Assembly: GCA_001600695.1 (NCBI GenBank)
Contig: BCKQ01000015.1
Location: forward strand, 235,451 to 299,450
Direction: 5' to 3'
DNA: 64,000 bases
Origin: Ascoidea asiatica JCM 7603
Lineage: Eukaryota > Fungi > Ascomycota
Positions 11,583-23,799 of the stretch are shown piece by piece. Made by a program: the position numbers and the translations under genes. Every line of letters begins with the position of its first letter. The first letter of the stretch is position 1. The notes under the pieces are model-generated. The model made no database searches and had not been told where the DNA came from. It was given only the letters and a program-made list of their open reading frames with translations.

Positions 11583-12500
11583 AGTATAAATAGAAGACTC
11601 TGGAAACCTGTCTTAGAAATAGAATTCTTCTATTGGATTCTAACAATAAGCACCTGTTAAATATTTATACATCAAAGTGCAATTGCTTCGATCAGACAGT
11701 GTTTATAATATATCTGAGCCAAAAAATGTTAATTCTTTTTGAATACAAAAATGGTAGCAAAACCTGGATTCAAATACTTCCTCTAATAAGAAGTGATCCA
11801 GTGGTATCAAAAACCAGGGTCCAAAATTTAACGATTTCTATTTTTTCATACACAACAAATCAAGATCAAAAATTGACGCCAGATATATTTTTGATCACCC
11901 GCGGAACACCGGGCATTCAGAAATTGGGAACAAAACAATTAACCTTAGTTTTTCCGCTCCTACACGTATCAATCATCAGGATCAAGTAGTTTGCATATTG
12001 TTTTATGGTTCTCATCATATGAAGCAAATTGAAATCTAGGACGTAAAGATGAAAAAAATATCTGAAAAAAGTCTTCTGGCTCGCTCAAATGGTTTACTCT
12101 AACTACAAAATGTACTGCCTCTTCAAGAGCCACACCTAACTAACATTAAAAAGCGCATATATGGCGGTTGGCTACCAAGAAATTAGCGGCATATTAAATC
12201 CCACGTATTTGGGGGATAGGGCATCTGGATATGTACGTGGCAGGTGGCAGCAAAACATGTTAAATTATTGTCCACGCTATTCAACGGTGGCTGTCGGAAT
12301 CCGGATCCCCAACCAGCAGCCCATTTATTTTACTTGTGCGCTGTTGATTAACTTAGCAATAATAATTTTATGCTTTTGAAAACAGTTTAAACTTTAAAAC
12401 TTTTTCCTATAAAGGCACTGTTCTCTCTTTATTTTTTCAGTTTTTTGTTTTATTTTTTTTTTTTTTTTGGAATTTATACTATTTTTCATTTGTAAACTAA

Positions 12501-12960
12501 ATGTCCCAGGGAGGTGGAAACAATTGAAGGAAGCCGTTTTTTTCAATGAATATTATCCAAGATTATTTTCCAAGTTTTTAGGCATTAGTTGGCTTTGCGG
12601 TTGGCTGTGGTCTCATGAAACATCAGCAGAACTTTACGACAAAAGTGTTGCTTACTTATGTCCCTGCTGAGGTGGTCCTTATGTATCATTATTTGCCTCA
12701 TGTCTACGATAATAATGAGACTTAAGAAGTTAACATGATACTAACAAGGTTTGTCAGAAACGCCAAGATGAGGGCTTCCAATAATCACATAAAAAAAGGT
12801 ATGTGTTGTTTTCTAATAATTTTTTTTCTTTACATCTTAAATATGTTGTTCTAAATCGGTGTTGCTAACAATTTTTATAGATTATACTGACGGATATGAA
12901 TAACATGGTGGTTAATTACCTGGTTACATACTTTTCTTGTTGTCTATATGGTTCTCATGA
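12501..12960 (+). pseudogene. Small intron-containing pseudogene of unknown identity
   Basis: TATAAA at ~12408, ATG 12501 (MSQGGGNN*), intron signals GTATGT 12799, GCTAAC ~12864, TAG 12878-12880; frame broken by stops. Confidence 0.3.
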
Positions 12961-15170
12961 TCGGTTTTTACTTGGTTTGTTATATTTTTGACTTTTGTAT
13001 TCCATAGAATAGTTATTTTTTTAATGTTTTTTCTTACAAATATTCCAATTGAAAAGCTCATTTTCCCAGAATGTAAATCAAATATTTTTTCATATCCTAA
13101 ATTGGATTTTCTTTATCCTAATCCTCTTCGTTTAAGGAACAGGAGTTTCAGGGCTTGTTTTTGGGGTTAAAAGCCTTGCACTGACACAGCAGGTGGTCAA
13201 TATCCGCAAACTTCATTTTACTAATGTACGAGTTTCTAGTAAAGCCCAAAAGTTTGGCCATGGTAGTAACCGTAGTTTTAAATTCGGGAGAAGTCATCCG
13301 TATTTGGACTTTTTTTCTCCTATATATAGGCGCATGACGGGGTTGTCCTCGGCGTGCTGTCGCATAAGTAAAGCTTTACGATCGAATTACAGGATGCTGT
13401 TTTTAAAACTTTTCTAAATTGTCTGGGCTCTATTTCTTGGGTGGAGTGTACTTTGACGCTTAGGTATGCTTGATTATGTACAGATATTATTTAATATTGG
13501 TATACATGCTGCACCTTTTTGAATTGTTACCATACTGGGACATGTAAGGTAACAAAGCAAAACTTGGGTATCCACGGTGGTCAATCTCATCTAATGGAGT
13601 AATACATAAATCACAATATTAAAAGGAACGTTTTCAACTAATAATTCTAGCTTTCAACAATTAATTGTAACATTCTTTTTTGAATACTTCACTAATGTAA
13701 TGGACAAAGCCCAATATTCTAAGGGAAGAACCATCTTGAGCCATTAACCAATTACACTCAGCTTGAGTAGTTTGTTTTTTCTTCAATAGTTTACTCAACA
13801 TTACCACTGAAACGCGTATAATTTCCTCCACTATTATTCTCTTAGCTTGGGGATGTAATGTTTGAGAAGAGGTCTGGACAATTTCTTTTTATGCTTGATA
13901 TATTGAGGAGCATATATCGACAGAAAGAGAAAAACAAGAGAAAAGAAACACGAAAACAAATGTTGATTGTAAATTGTAGATTGGGAATTGTAGATGTAAC
14001 TCTCGATAGTTTGGAAAGTTGATAAACATAGGAGGAAAGACAGAGATATTTATAAGTATCCCGGTCATAGAACTATCCAGATGGCTCAGGAAAGCGAGGT
14101 CACTCAAAGGAGACTGAATGAAAACCTCCACAAGCTTAGGGGAACCGTTACACTGATTGTGCTACCCCGGAAAGCGGAACACTATAAAATTTATGCAAAT
14201 TGTTTAAAATAAACCAAGAAAGACAGGGGCAAGCCAAAAAGCAAGGCCTATGATCGGCAGATGGCCGGCAGATATAGTACCTACCGTGATAGCCCCGACC
14301 AACATCGAACATCCTTGATTTACCAATCTTCCGGCCAATTAACTTCATTCACACCGTTGCTATTCCCTTGCCAGTAGATTTCAACAGTTCATTCGCTTCT
14401 TTTAATAAACTACTGAAGTCTTCTTTTGCTATTTTCTCTTTTTGGCTCTAAACGACGAGAAAGAATTCTTTCTAATATTTTTTCGAATCTGTTCTTTAAA
14501 CTGCCATTCCATTTTTTGATCTGTTGCAGTGAATACTCATGACAACCATGAATACCCCCGATATTGGATGGGGATTCCATTGCTTGATTATCAATGAATT
14601 CCCACATTTTCGCTTATGTTTCGAACATTTTGGGCAATTCTGTTGTTTCTTTAGCATTTGTCATTTAAATTGTTTATATTCACATTATCCAACGCACACG
14701 CCAACTTGCTTTTCCCATTTGCAAACCGTAATAATAAGTTGGTCGCAGGCAACACCATTTTAGTTCTGTAGTAGGGCAATTTTGCTCAAGTTTTTTTTCT
14801 ATGACAGAAGTCCTAAGGGCCTGTCAGATAGGCTTCTTGTTAAATGAAGTGCTAAATTGTTAAACAAAAAACGGGACAAATTTCATGTGGGTTTCTTGAA
14901 ATCGGGCATGGAGAAAAAAATCATGAAATTTTAGTTTTCTCTACCCCTGAATTTAAGTGGGAAATCTAACGACATTCAATAAATAAATGGAGGAGATAAC
15001 TCCACTTCTCCCGTAACTGGATCTCTAGCTGTCTGCCAGTTATTCGGGGAAGTCACGCGGCTTCCTCTTGTATTTACACTAATCAAAAAACAAATTGTGC
15101 AAAATTGCTCTAGTAAACCTCATTTAAACTTTCCACCCCAAATGTGCGACTGTAGTAATTTTTGTTTGTC
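12950..15170 (-). mobile_element. Decayed Helitron-type Rep (HUH endonuclease) and N-terminal region
   Basis: Motif 1 GYPS/FVTL/TCP/W (13530-13573, cf. G.PDLFITFTCNP.W), SPDNLEKF (cf. RPD..ARVF), motif 2 SFTYATARRGQPRHAPIY (13322-13375, cf. Y.IEFQKRGLPHAHIL), DIDH/VSARLLTPKTSPE (13147-13207, cf. DID..ISAELPDP..DPE). Confidence 0.6.
14774..15110. mobile_element. MITE-like element (337 bp)
   Basis: 25-bp terminal inverted repeats GGGCAATTTTGCTCAAG / GAGCAATTTTGCACAAT (21/25 match), TA on both flanks, internal hairpin ~15005-15052. Confidence 0.65.
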
Positions 15171-16195
15171 CAGGAAAAATTAGTTTATAATATTTTTAAT
15201 TTTGATCTTAAACAACCTACTGAGTCCAGTCAAGTTAAAAATAAAACTCTTAATTAATGTAAAATTAAATTACTAGAAAAACATCTGACATGATCTGAGG
15301 AGCTTCGCAAAGACCTTATTACTAGAGAAACCAAAGTTTCAGATTCCTAAGAAGGCCAATTTCATTTATTCGAAATTTTTGTTTTTAAAGGTTAATCACA
15401 ATAGTGACAATTCGTTTAAACGTAATGAACTTTTATTTTTACTGCATACAGTCCAGAAACAAAAATACATACTTGGGCAGGTGATTTGAAGCGTCGGTTT
15501 TTCAACTTTCCATTTTTGTTATTTTACTAACACCGTAAACCCAAATAACAAAAAGGAACACCACGCCTTATTTAAAAGCACCCACAGGTGGAAAACTATT
15601 GAATGTGGCACCTCTAAAGTGGCCAAAACCAAAGGTTTTTAATTGCTTTTTTAACTGGATTTTAAATAGTTTCGTGATTAAAAAGATTAAAATGGCCGGA
15701 GCCTTTCACTGATCTGTCTAGGAACATATAATTTTTAAGCTGTTTTACCTAAAATTTAGAAAAGGGTATTTTCGATACAATTATAATAAATATCAGAGAA
15801 ATTAATTATATTAGAACGTCAAACAACCAAAAACAAGTTATTATATTGGAATCAAAATACTATATTACTAGATTACTACATAAAACATTATAAAAATAAT
15901 GTCCGCCAACAAAAAATAATAATGAAAATAGTTTTAAATACAGTAAAAAAGCAAAATAAAAAAAGACATTTAATTAATTTAACAAACAAAATATAAAAGT
16001 TAAACGAAATTAAAAATATACAATAAAGAAACCCATAGTCTTGGATTCATTAAGGATAAGTTACGAATTCAAGGCAGAATTATTTTCTGAATCATTATAT
16101 TCACCTATACTAATAGTTTAAACATTTTCCGCAATAAAATTTTATCGGTTTGCGGTGTTTTGTATTTTTCATATTTCTTACTATTTTCATTTTCT

Positions 16196-19100
16196 TTATT
16201 GTTTTGTTTTTTCCTGATTATTCATCAAGTTTGGTGGATTAATGTCTAATTGTTGGAAAAATGCATTGACAACATTTTTAGTGGATCTGCCGCTTCTAGG
16301 AGCAATTGATTCAGTAAAGGTTGCTGATAATGAATCAGCAATTATCCTTTTATTTCGAATTCTGTTATCATCAAGAGTCTCAGGAGTACTGAAAGAATAT
16401 TGTAGGGGTTTGAACATTAATAATGGTTCACAATTACCACTTGTAACTAATGGTTTGCTTAATGTTGAAACTTGAGTATAATCTTTGGGCCAATCTGTTG
16501 TTGAATGTGTTTTAGTAGCTGTGGCAATAGCTCTAGGACTAGATCTAGAAGAAGATTTAGAAGTGGATCTAGATGTTGCTTTGGAAGTGGTTTCTTTATT
16601 ACGTTTTGAAAAACTAGTGGATTTGGTTATTAATCTAATTTTGCTCACACCCTTTCAATTTTGTTTTAAATTTCTATTTGAATTTGAATTTGAATATGAA
16701 GTTTTATTTACAATTTAAATTGGATTTTTTATTTTATTTGCATTTTTATTTGGATTTGATTTTTTCAGTGATTTTTTAATTGAATTTAAAGTATTATCGT
16801 CTGAATGATCTACAAATACAGCACAGCATCTGAAAAAACAATTATAATCCAAAGTTTTATGTCATTTATTTTTCCTTTCCTTCTATTCTTGGTTTTTGAT
16901 ATCATTTTTTTTAAGTGAATAAATTTGAATTATCATTGATTTATGGAATATGGATGATTAATTTTATTCAATGTTTTGAATTAAATTCTTCTAAATAATA
17001 ATTTCTTTTATTAGATGTGTTTAAAAACTCATCCTATATGTCATTTTTTTGATTTGATAAGTTTCATAAAACATTACGATCCACCAACAACTTTTGATTA
17101 CCCTCCAATGCTTTACTTGGATCACAAATATTTTGCGTAGAATTGAATAAATTTATGCTTCAAAGGAATATGATTTAAAAACCCTTTACAATTATCGACT
17201 ATGGAAGATAAAAGATCCATTCTAATTTTATTTTCAGCAACAATTGCTTGTTATTTTTTTCTCATTTTATTTGTAATTGTAGCCTTGTAGCTTTCATTTT
17301 TTCTGCTGCATCTATTGCCTTTTCCTGGGAATCCTTATGTGTAGAACAATCTACAAGTTGTTCAAAAAATACTCAAAATAATCCAAAATATTTTACATTT
17401 GATTTAATACAGCAATTTTGTTTGGATTTAGTAATTGTTTTTTTTTTCCAATATATAAAGTAATATCTTTGGAATTAATAGATGCGGAGCTAAAATTTTT
17501 TTTCTAACATTAGTGACAACACTACTAGTTATATCCTCTTTTCTTACAATTGCTTTTGGAGCCCTTTTTGATAATTTTGAATGATTGAAATTTTCAATAT
17601 TTTCACATTCACAAAGGGTGAAAGGACAATCACAAGATAATGAATTAACTGTTCTGAGTTTTCATTCAGTTTACAAATTCGAATATATACATTTCACTTA
17701 CTACAAACTATGTATTAATCAATTACCTTGTACAAATCTATGGTCTAAAACAAAAATTAAATAAATTAAATAAAAAAATAAGAGGAAATGGATTCCTTTA
17801 ACATAATTATCATTCCTACGGGGTTCATGACCACCATCGAGAATGCTCGGCATTTCCACAACTTGCTAATTCCTCCGCAGTATCAAGGGGAAAATCAAGT
17901 TCGCCTTGAAAAAAGATTTGAAAACTTGACTAGAAATCATTATAAATGCATATTACAATTTCCCCAAAGTAAAACCAATTATCCCGCTTTGCAGTGGGGT
18001 TGACAAGGACACTGATTTCCCGGAATAAACTTTAATCCAGAACCCGGGACTCGAAATAGATTTTTAACTGACTAGGACCAGCAGTCTCCTGTTTAGTCCG
18101 AGCTAATTCGCTATAAGCAATGAGAATTATACTTTATCACCCAGGAAACAACGCTTAGCCAATTGAACCATCCAGAAGGACTCCCTTCATGGCTCCTGAC
18201 GGCCTTTCGGATTTAACATTTACCCGAATAGTCGTTAAATGCTAACTCCTTTTTTATTCTTCTGGTTCCGCTGGCTTAGCTTTAATAGGATCCTACAGGG
18301 TTGACGCCCATGTCTCGTAAAATACCCTGCTGGTTTCTGATTTATACTGTATTCCTGACCTGATGCAGCATGTCTTATGTTAGGTAATTAGAACATCAAT
18401 TTTGTCCCACTGTCTGTCCTGCTGTACTGAGAAACATACAAGGTCATGAGAATTCTTGTATTGTTTGTTAAACTTACTGCAGCATTCTGCATTCATGTGT
18501 CTATTAACGTTTAGTTATGCTTCTCTAAGCATAATTGCTCCTAATGTATACACAATCCTTCATAATACATGACTGCCTTACAGCCACTATCGTTACGTGT
18601 CTTGGAGACGTGCGCCACCTATGGTGTTGGAACCAATATATGCCTTAGCTTATATAGATCTCTATTATTTTCAATATTAATAGATCCATTGCTAAAGAAG
18701 AAGATTCAACTTTTAAAACAATATTGATAACATGACTACATAATTCTCTTTCACATTCATATTGACTAATATTAGTATTCTTGGATTTATTTACTAAATT
18801 TTTAAAACCAATATGATAAGACAAACATCTCGGTTTTCAAAAAGACTATAACATAACAGGAATCACCTGATTAGAGAACTGCAATCCTTGGCGTCAATTG
18901 GATATTTATTATATACCCTACTATAATCTTTCAGTTCGAGCACTACTATTTAAGTTATTACTAATCCTGTATCATTGAAACTTTTTAAATCAATAATTAA
19001 TCGAAGCACCTTTTCATAAGAATTGAAAACTCTCAAAGTTTTATTGAAATAACAAAATAACTGAAAATGAGTTTAATAGAAAAATATCTCTCATGTTTTA

Positions 19101-21000
19101 CCACCTGTTAAAACCACATATCAACTCAAAGCTTCAGCAACTGAAAAGATTTATTTAGCAAAATGGCATTTGACACAATACACTGTAAATTATCTTTAGC
19201 AATTTGTTGATAAATTAAACTAACAAAAGGAATAGTCAAGAGTTTTCTAAAGTTTTGTGGACTGACATCACCTTCACCAAATTTATCAACATTAGCATAT
19301 GGTATCATTAAAAAAAGTTTATCAATTTTTTGATATTTCTCCTTTTTATATGATATATTTAAACGATTTCGAGATGAACGGTCTACTGTCATATTAGGGG
19401 TGAACCAGGGAGGCAATTTTAATGATAAATTGAATGATAAAGAGGAGTAAATTGTTTGTTGTTATCACTAGGTAAAACTAGTTCTTTTGATGTAGATACA
19501 GCGTCTCTTTTATTATATTTATCATGATAGTTACTTTTATAGTTATTATTATAGCTAATATTATCATTTTGAATATTCTAGAATTCATTATTATCATGCG
19601 CATTGGATCTTCATTAATATCATCTTCATTGGTATCATCTTCATTATAATCTTCATCAACAACTAATTTCATATTATTAGCTTGATTATTAACATTATTA
19701 TTACTATTTCATAAATTAACATTCTTATTAGTATTTAATAAATTAACCGTATTATTTCACCATTTGATTGATTAAGATCATTATTAGTTAATTTACTATT
19801 AGGATTTAATTCAATATTATTTAATTCAATATTATTATTAATATTATTATCAATATTGTTATTATTATTATTGGTACTTTTTTTTAAAATAGCATTCTTA
19901 TATTGTACATTATTATCTTAATAATAATATGATTGATTATTGTCTCCTTTGCTATAGTTTTCTTTATTATTTTCATCAGAAATTGATCCAAGAATATAGT
20001 TATTATCAGCATATACTTTGTTTTCTTTAATCTCTTCCTTATCCTCATCTGAGCTGTGGGTATTACCGCACCTCCCATACTCCGAGTTTCATCTGAGGCA
20101 GACGGACTACTGGAACCTTCAGATCGAAACCTTTGATTTTCCGAACTAATATTAATTATATCTTCAACATTTGCAGAAACTTCTAGATTGTAAGACCCAA
20201 CTTTTCAGCCACGGATTTAGATGTTAGATGATTATCAGTATCTTCTGCGGCACAATAAGTTATCGCATCTGTTGTTTCAGAAGTACCAGTAACCACTATT
20301 CATTACCATTCTGTTTTACCAGGACATTTTCTATTTCACTTGGAGGTTCATTTTGTTTTGTATCAAAATCAAGCAGTCTTACAGTAGCAACATAATAAGT
20401 AGTTAACAGAGCAATAGAAAAATTAAGTTTTTGTTTGTAGTTGACTGCTGTTCCTGGTAACGTTTCAATTTTTATTTTTTTTTAAATTTTCTAAATAAAT
20501 TTCATTCTGGATTTAATAATTTTCTAGTTGATTTTCATCAAATTCTTTTTTTTCTAATCAAGCCTCTATATTCATTTGATAGCAAGGTGCCGTTCAAAAT
20601 TTGATGAAATTTTTTTTAACATTTTTTTTTTTTTGGTTTCTTTCTTTTTCTGTTAAAATTCAAATATCTGCTATATCTACACGATTATAGGCTTTGAATT
20701 CTTTAAGTACTCACTTTGAAGTTATACTGCTTGAAGAATATACATGCGAATCGGCATCTAAATGAGAATCAGAATCAGAAGAAGATTCGACACCTAGAGA
20801 TGCATTGGAATGAGAATAGGAATATTCATTCAAGTTCAAGCACAATTTTCTTTGAAAAGATTTTCTTTTTCATATTTTTCTATCCTTTTTATATTCTTTT
20901 TTTCTTACGTTTTTTTTTTTTTGGAAACAGTTTACAATGGTTTTTTCTCGTTTTCGGACTTTAATATCCATTTTAAGGCCAAACATTAGACACAACGGTT
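16196..21000 (-). pseudogene. Large decayed ORF (Gag / LINE-ORF1-like?) split by LTR C2
   Basis: Colinear minus-strand ORF pieces (19126-19416, 16196-16648, Asn/Ser-rich stretches); removing C2 joins ...NGSIN-SLSCDCPFTLCECE; degenerate Cys clusters resemble zinc knuckles. Confidence 0.4.
17650..18676 (-). mobile_element. Solo LTR family C, copy 2 (inverted, 1027 bp)
   Basis: Reverse complement aligns to C1/C3; termini TATTG...GAACA; 5-bp TSD TTAAC/TTAAT. Confidence 0.88.
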
Positions 21001-21499
21001 TTCCTGTATTTGATTTCATTGTTTTTGAATTTACGATCCGATTTTTTTTAATGTTGCTATTCGGTTAATTTATAATTATTTTGATTTTTTGAAATATTTT
21101 ACTTTGTAATTCTGGAATTGTATGATTACATGAGTTTTAAGGTAGTTTTATTTATAATTATGTTATTTATTAAATTACTGAAACTTTGTGTTCCTAAATT
21201 GATAATTTTGTTAATGTAACCATCACAGAACATATAGTCTTTTATTTCAATTAAGTTTTTCACTGATTATAAGTTTATTCTTGAGATATTTTAAGATATT
21301 GCGGCAGCTTTACCAAATTTAGGGAAGACTAAATATTTATAATATAGTTTAGCAATACCTTGATTGCGTTAGTATTCCAAATTGTTAAATTCTAATATCA
21401 CATTACTAAAAATCGGTGTATGTCAAACTATGTGACTTACCCAGTCAAAAATTAAAATTCCAAATATCGGTTTTTTCCAATTCTGTAACGATGTGACCG

Positions 21500-22850
21500 A
21501 CTTGATCAAAGTGCTAATCTATAGACATCGAATAATCTGCCCAAAGAAGAAAATCATCCTTCAATTATTAATACGTGTTGTGTACCAATAGTTGAATACA
21601 GTACTAAAGACCTACTATATTTCGGATTATATAAGCGTGTTTTTAAAAACTTTTAAAAATATAAATCAAATTTTTGCACTGTGTTGACATCTTAAAAGAA
21701 CATTGTACTCATATAAAAAAATGACAAAATAAACTGGAACCAAAACCATTCATGGTGAATCAAGCGACACAAATTGCAGAAAAATTCAAAAAAAAATGAC
21801 TTAAATATTATCGTTGAACGATCTGATTGTCTAATTTCTGTTCAGAAAATATTTTTATCAAAAACTGCACTATTAGAATCTTGTTTTAAATAAAACTACG
21901 TTTATTTCAAAGATAAAACGTTTTTGGTTAAAATGAAGTATCAGCTGTATAAGGTGAATAATTTAGTTTTAAGAATCCTAGTTTTCACTTAATTTCAAGA
22001 TTTATCATTTTCTTATTCATTTCAAATTACTCAATCGTTTTTCATAAATCCATTAAAAACTAGGACACCTACAGGGAAAGCTTCGGGATAGTTATTAAAC
22101 GTTAAAAATTGTAGTATGAAAAAAGTTCCAAGTAAAACGAATGGCGGTGTAACAGCACTTTTACTTTGAAAAAAGGCTAGGTGCGATTCTTTCTTGCAAC
22201 TTATTACCTTTGAAAAAGAAAGCTTTAGATCAATAAACTGGGTCTCGAAATAGACTTAAATTCTAAAAGTAATCCGCAGATTTTAAAACTTTACAATATA
22301 TTAAAAATTATAAATAAGAGCTATAAACCTAGAACGGGGTGTCAATCCAATGTTAACATTAACTATCTTTGGAAACCAATAATAAAATAGATAGCCGTAG
22401 TGCCATACATTTCCCTTTAATAGCTTTTAATTTTCACTTGGGGGATTTCACATATCAGAGAGCTTTATTTACTTATCTATAGGCTAACAGAAGATATTAG
22501 AGTTCAAAGTTGCAATAATTGTAAAACAATATTTCGGTTTAAATTCGTTAGCCAACCTTGAAAATGAGGCTTAATGTTAATACTAATAAATCAAATATGA
22601 AGATTATTTAAAAACATATGTAATTTGCCCACTGCAATATTTCAGTGCATTTATTTTATTAAAATTTCATACCCCTTAACTTTTGAATTCATAATAATTG
22701 CTATGCTCTACATTTCAAAATAGTGATAGCAGAGTGCTCATTTTAAAAGTTAGTTGTTTAGAACTTTGTTTAACAAATATTATCACTAATCAACAATCAA
22801 AAGAAGTAACATATAAATTGAACATAAATGATGCTGGAGAAGGTATCGAT
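21500..22850 (+). mobile_element. Decayed hAT-like transposase 1
   Basis: NIIVERSD (21804, cf. SIIVDESTD), RCNSTF (22145, cf. RWNST), AECSF*KL (22729, cf. dimerisation-domain AERSFSKL), in order and at plausible spacing. Confidence 0.4.
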
Positions 22851-23799
22851 GGAAATATGTATGGTTATAGGAAAATAAGACAGATGGAATGATAAATGGT
22901 ACTGGAAGATATATTGGTAGTAAGATAAAGGGAACAGGAGGATATATTGATGATAAGATATTGATGGTAAGATTAATGTTTTTGGAAATTAATAGTAATA
23001 GTCATAGTAAGAGTAATAGTAATAGTAATAGTAATACTTAGATATTCTCTGCAACGCTAGGATGATAGTGCTTTTCTTCTCAGCTGGTTTAAATTGTCAA
23101 TCGGGAGTATAGTTGAGATTATTTCATTTTCTATCAAACATAACACACCTTTCAACTAATAATTATTATTATTGTGATTATAACCTTCATTTTCATTTAT
23201 ATTTTCAATTTCCTTTAAGTTTTCTATTCAATTTAAACATTTAGTAATTCGAAATTTATTATTTATTACAAATCAATTATAATAAAAAACTTATTGATTA
23301 TAGATAAATCGAAATTGTTCAGATACTTTATTTTTGTCGTAAGCAATTTTATAATTTCCTGAATTCAAAGAAGGTGAATGGGATAATGATAACTTGTCTG
23401 CAGGAGAATTCGAAAAAGAACAGAATAACGTAGAAGAACCACCATACAAATTTGAAAGAGCTCTAGTGAGCTTATCATTATGATTTTAATTTTGTTTTCA
23501 TTTTCTAAGTGAGTGTTATTGTCAAAGCAAATAATAATTGAATATGTGAATAGTTAAATAGGAAACCAAATGGCGATGTAGCTGGGGGGTATTGCATGTT
23601 ATATAGCAGGTGAAATAGATGCTCATACAAATGGTTAAAGGTAAAATAAGAATGGTATCACTTATGCATATAGTAATGCTAATTATATGCTTATTATGAG
23701 TTGATTAGATGTTGATGTTGATCCTGAAGCTGCTCTCAATCCTGATAGTAATAGTCTTAGTATTGCTGATGGTGATAATGCTGATAATGATGATTATTA

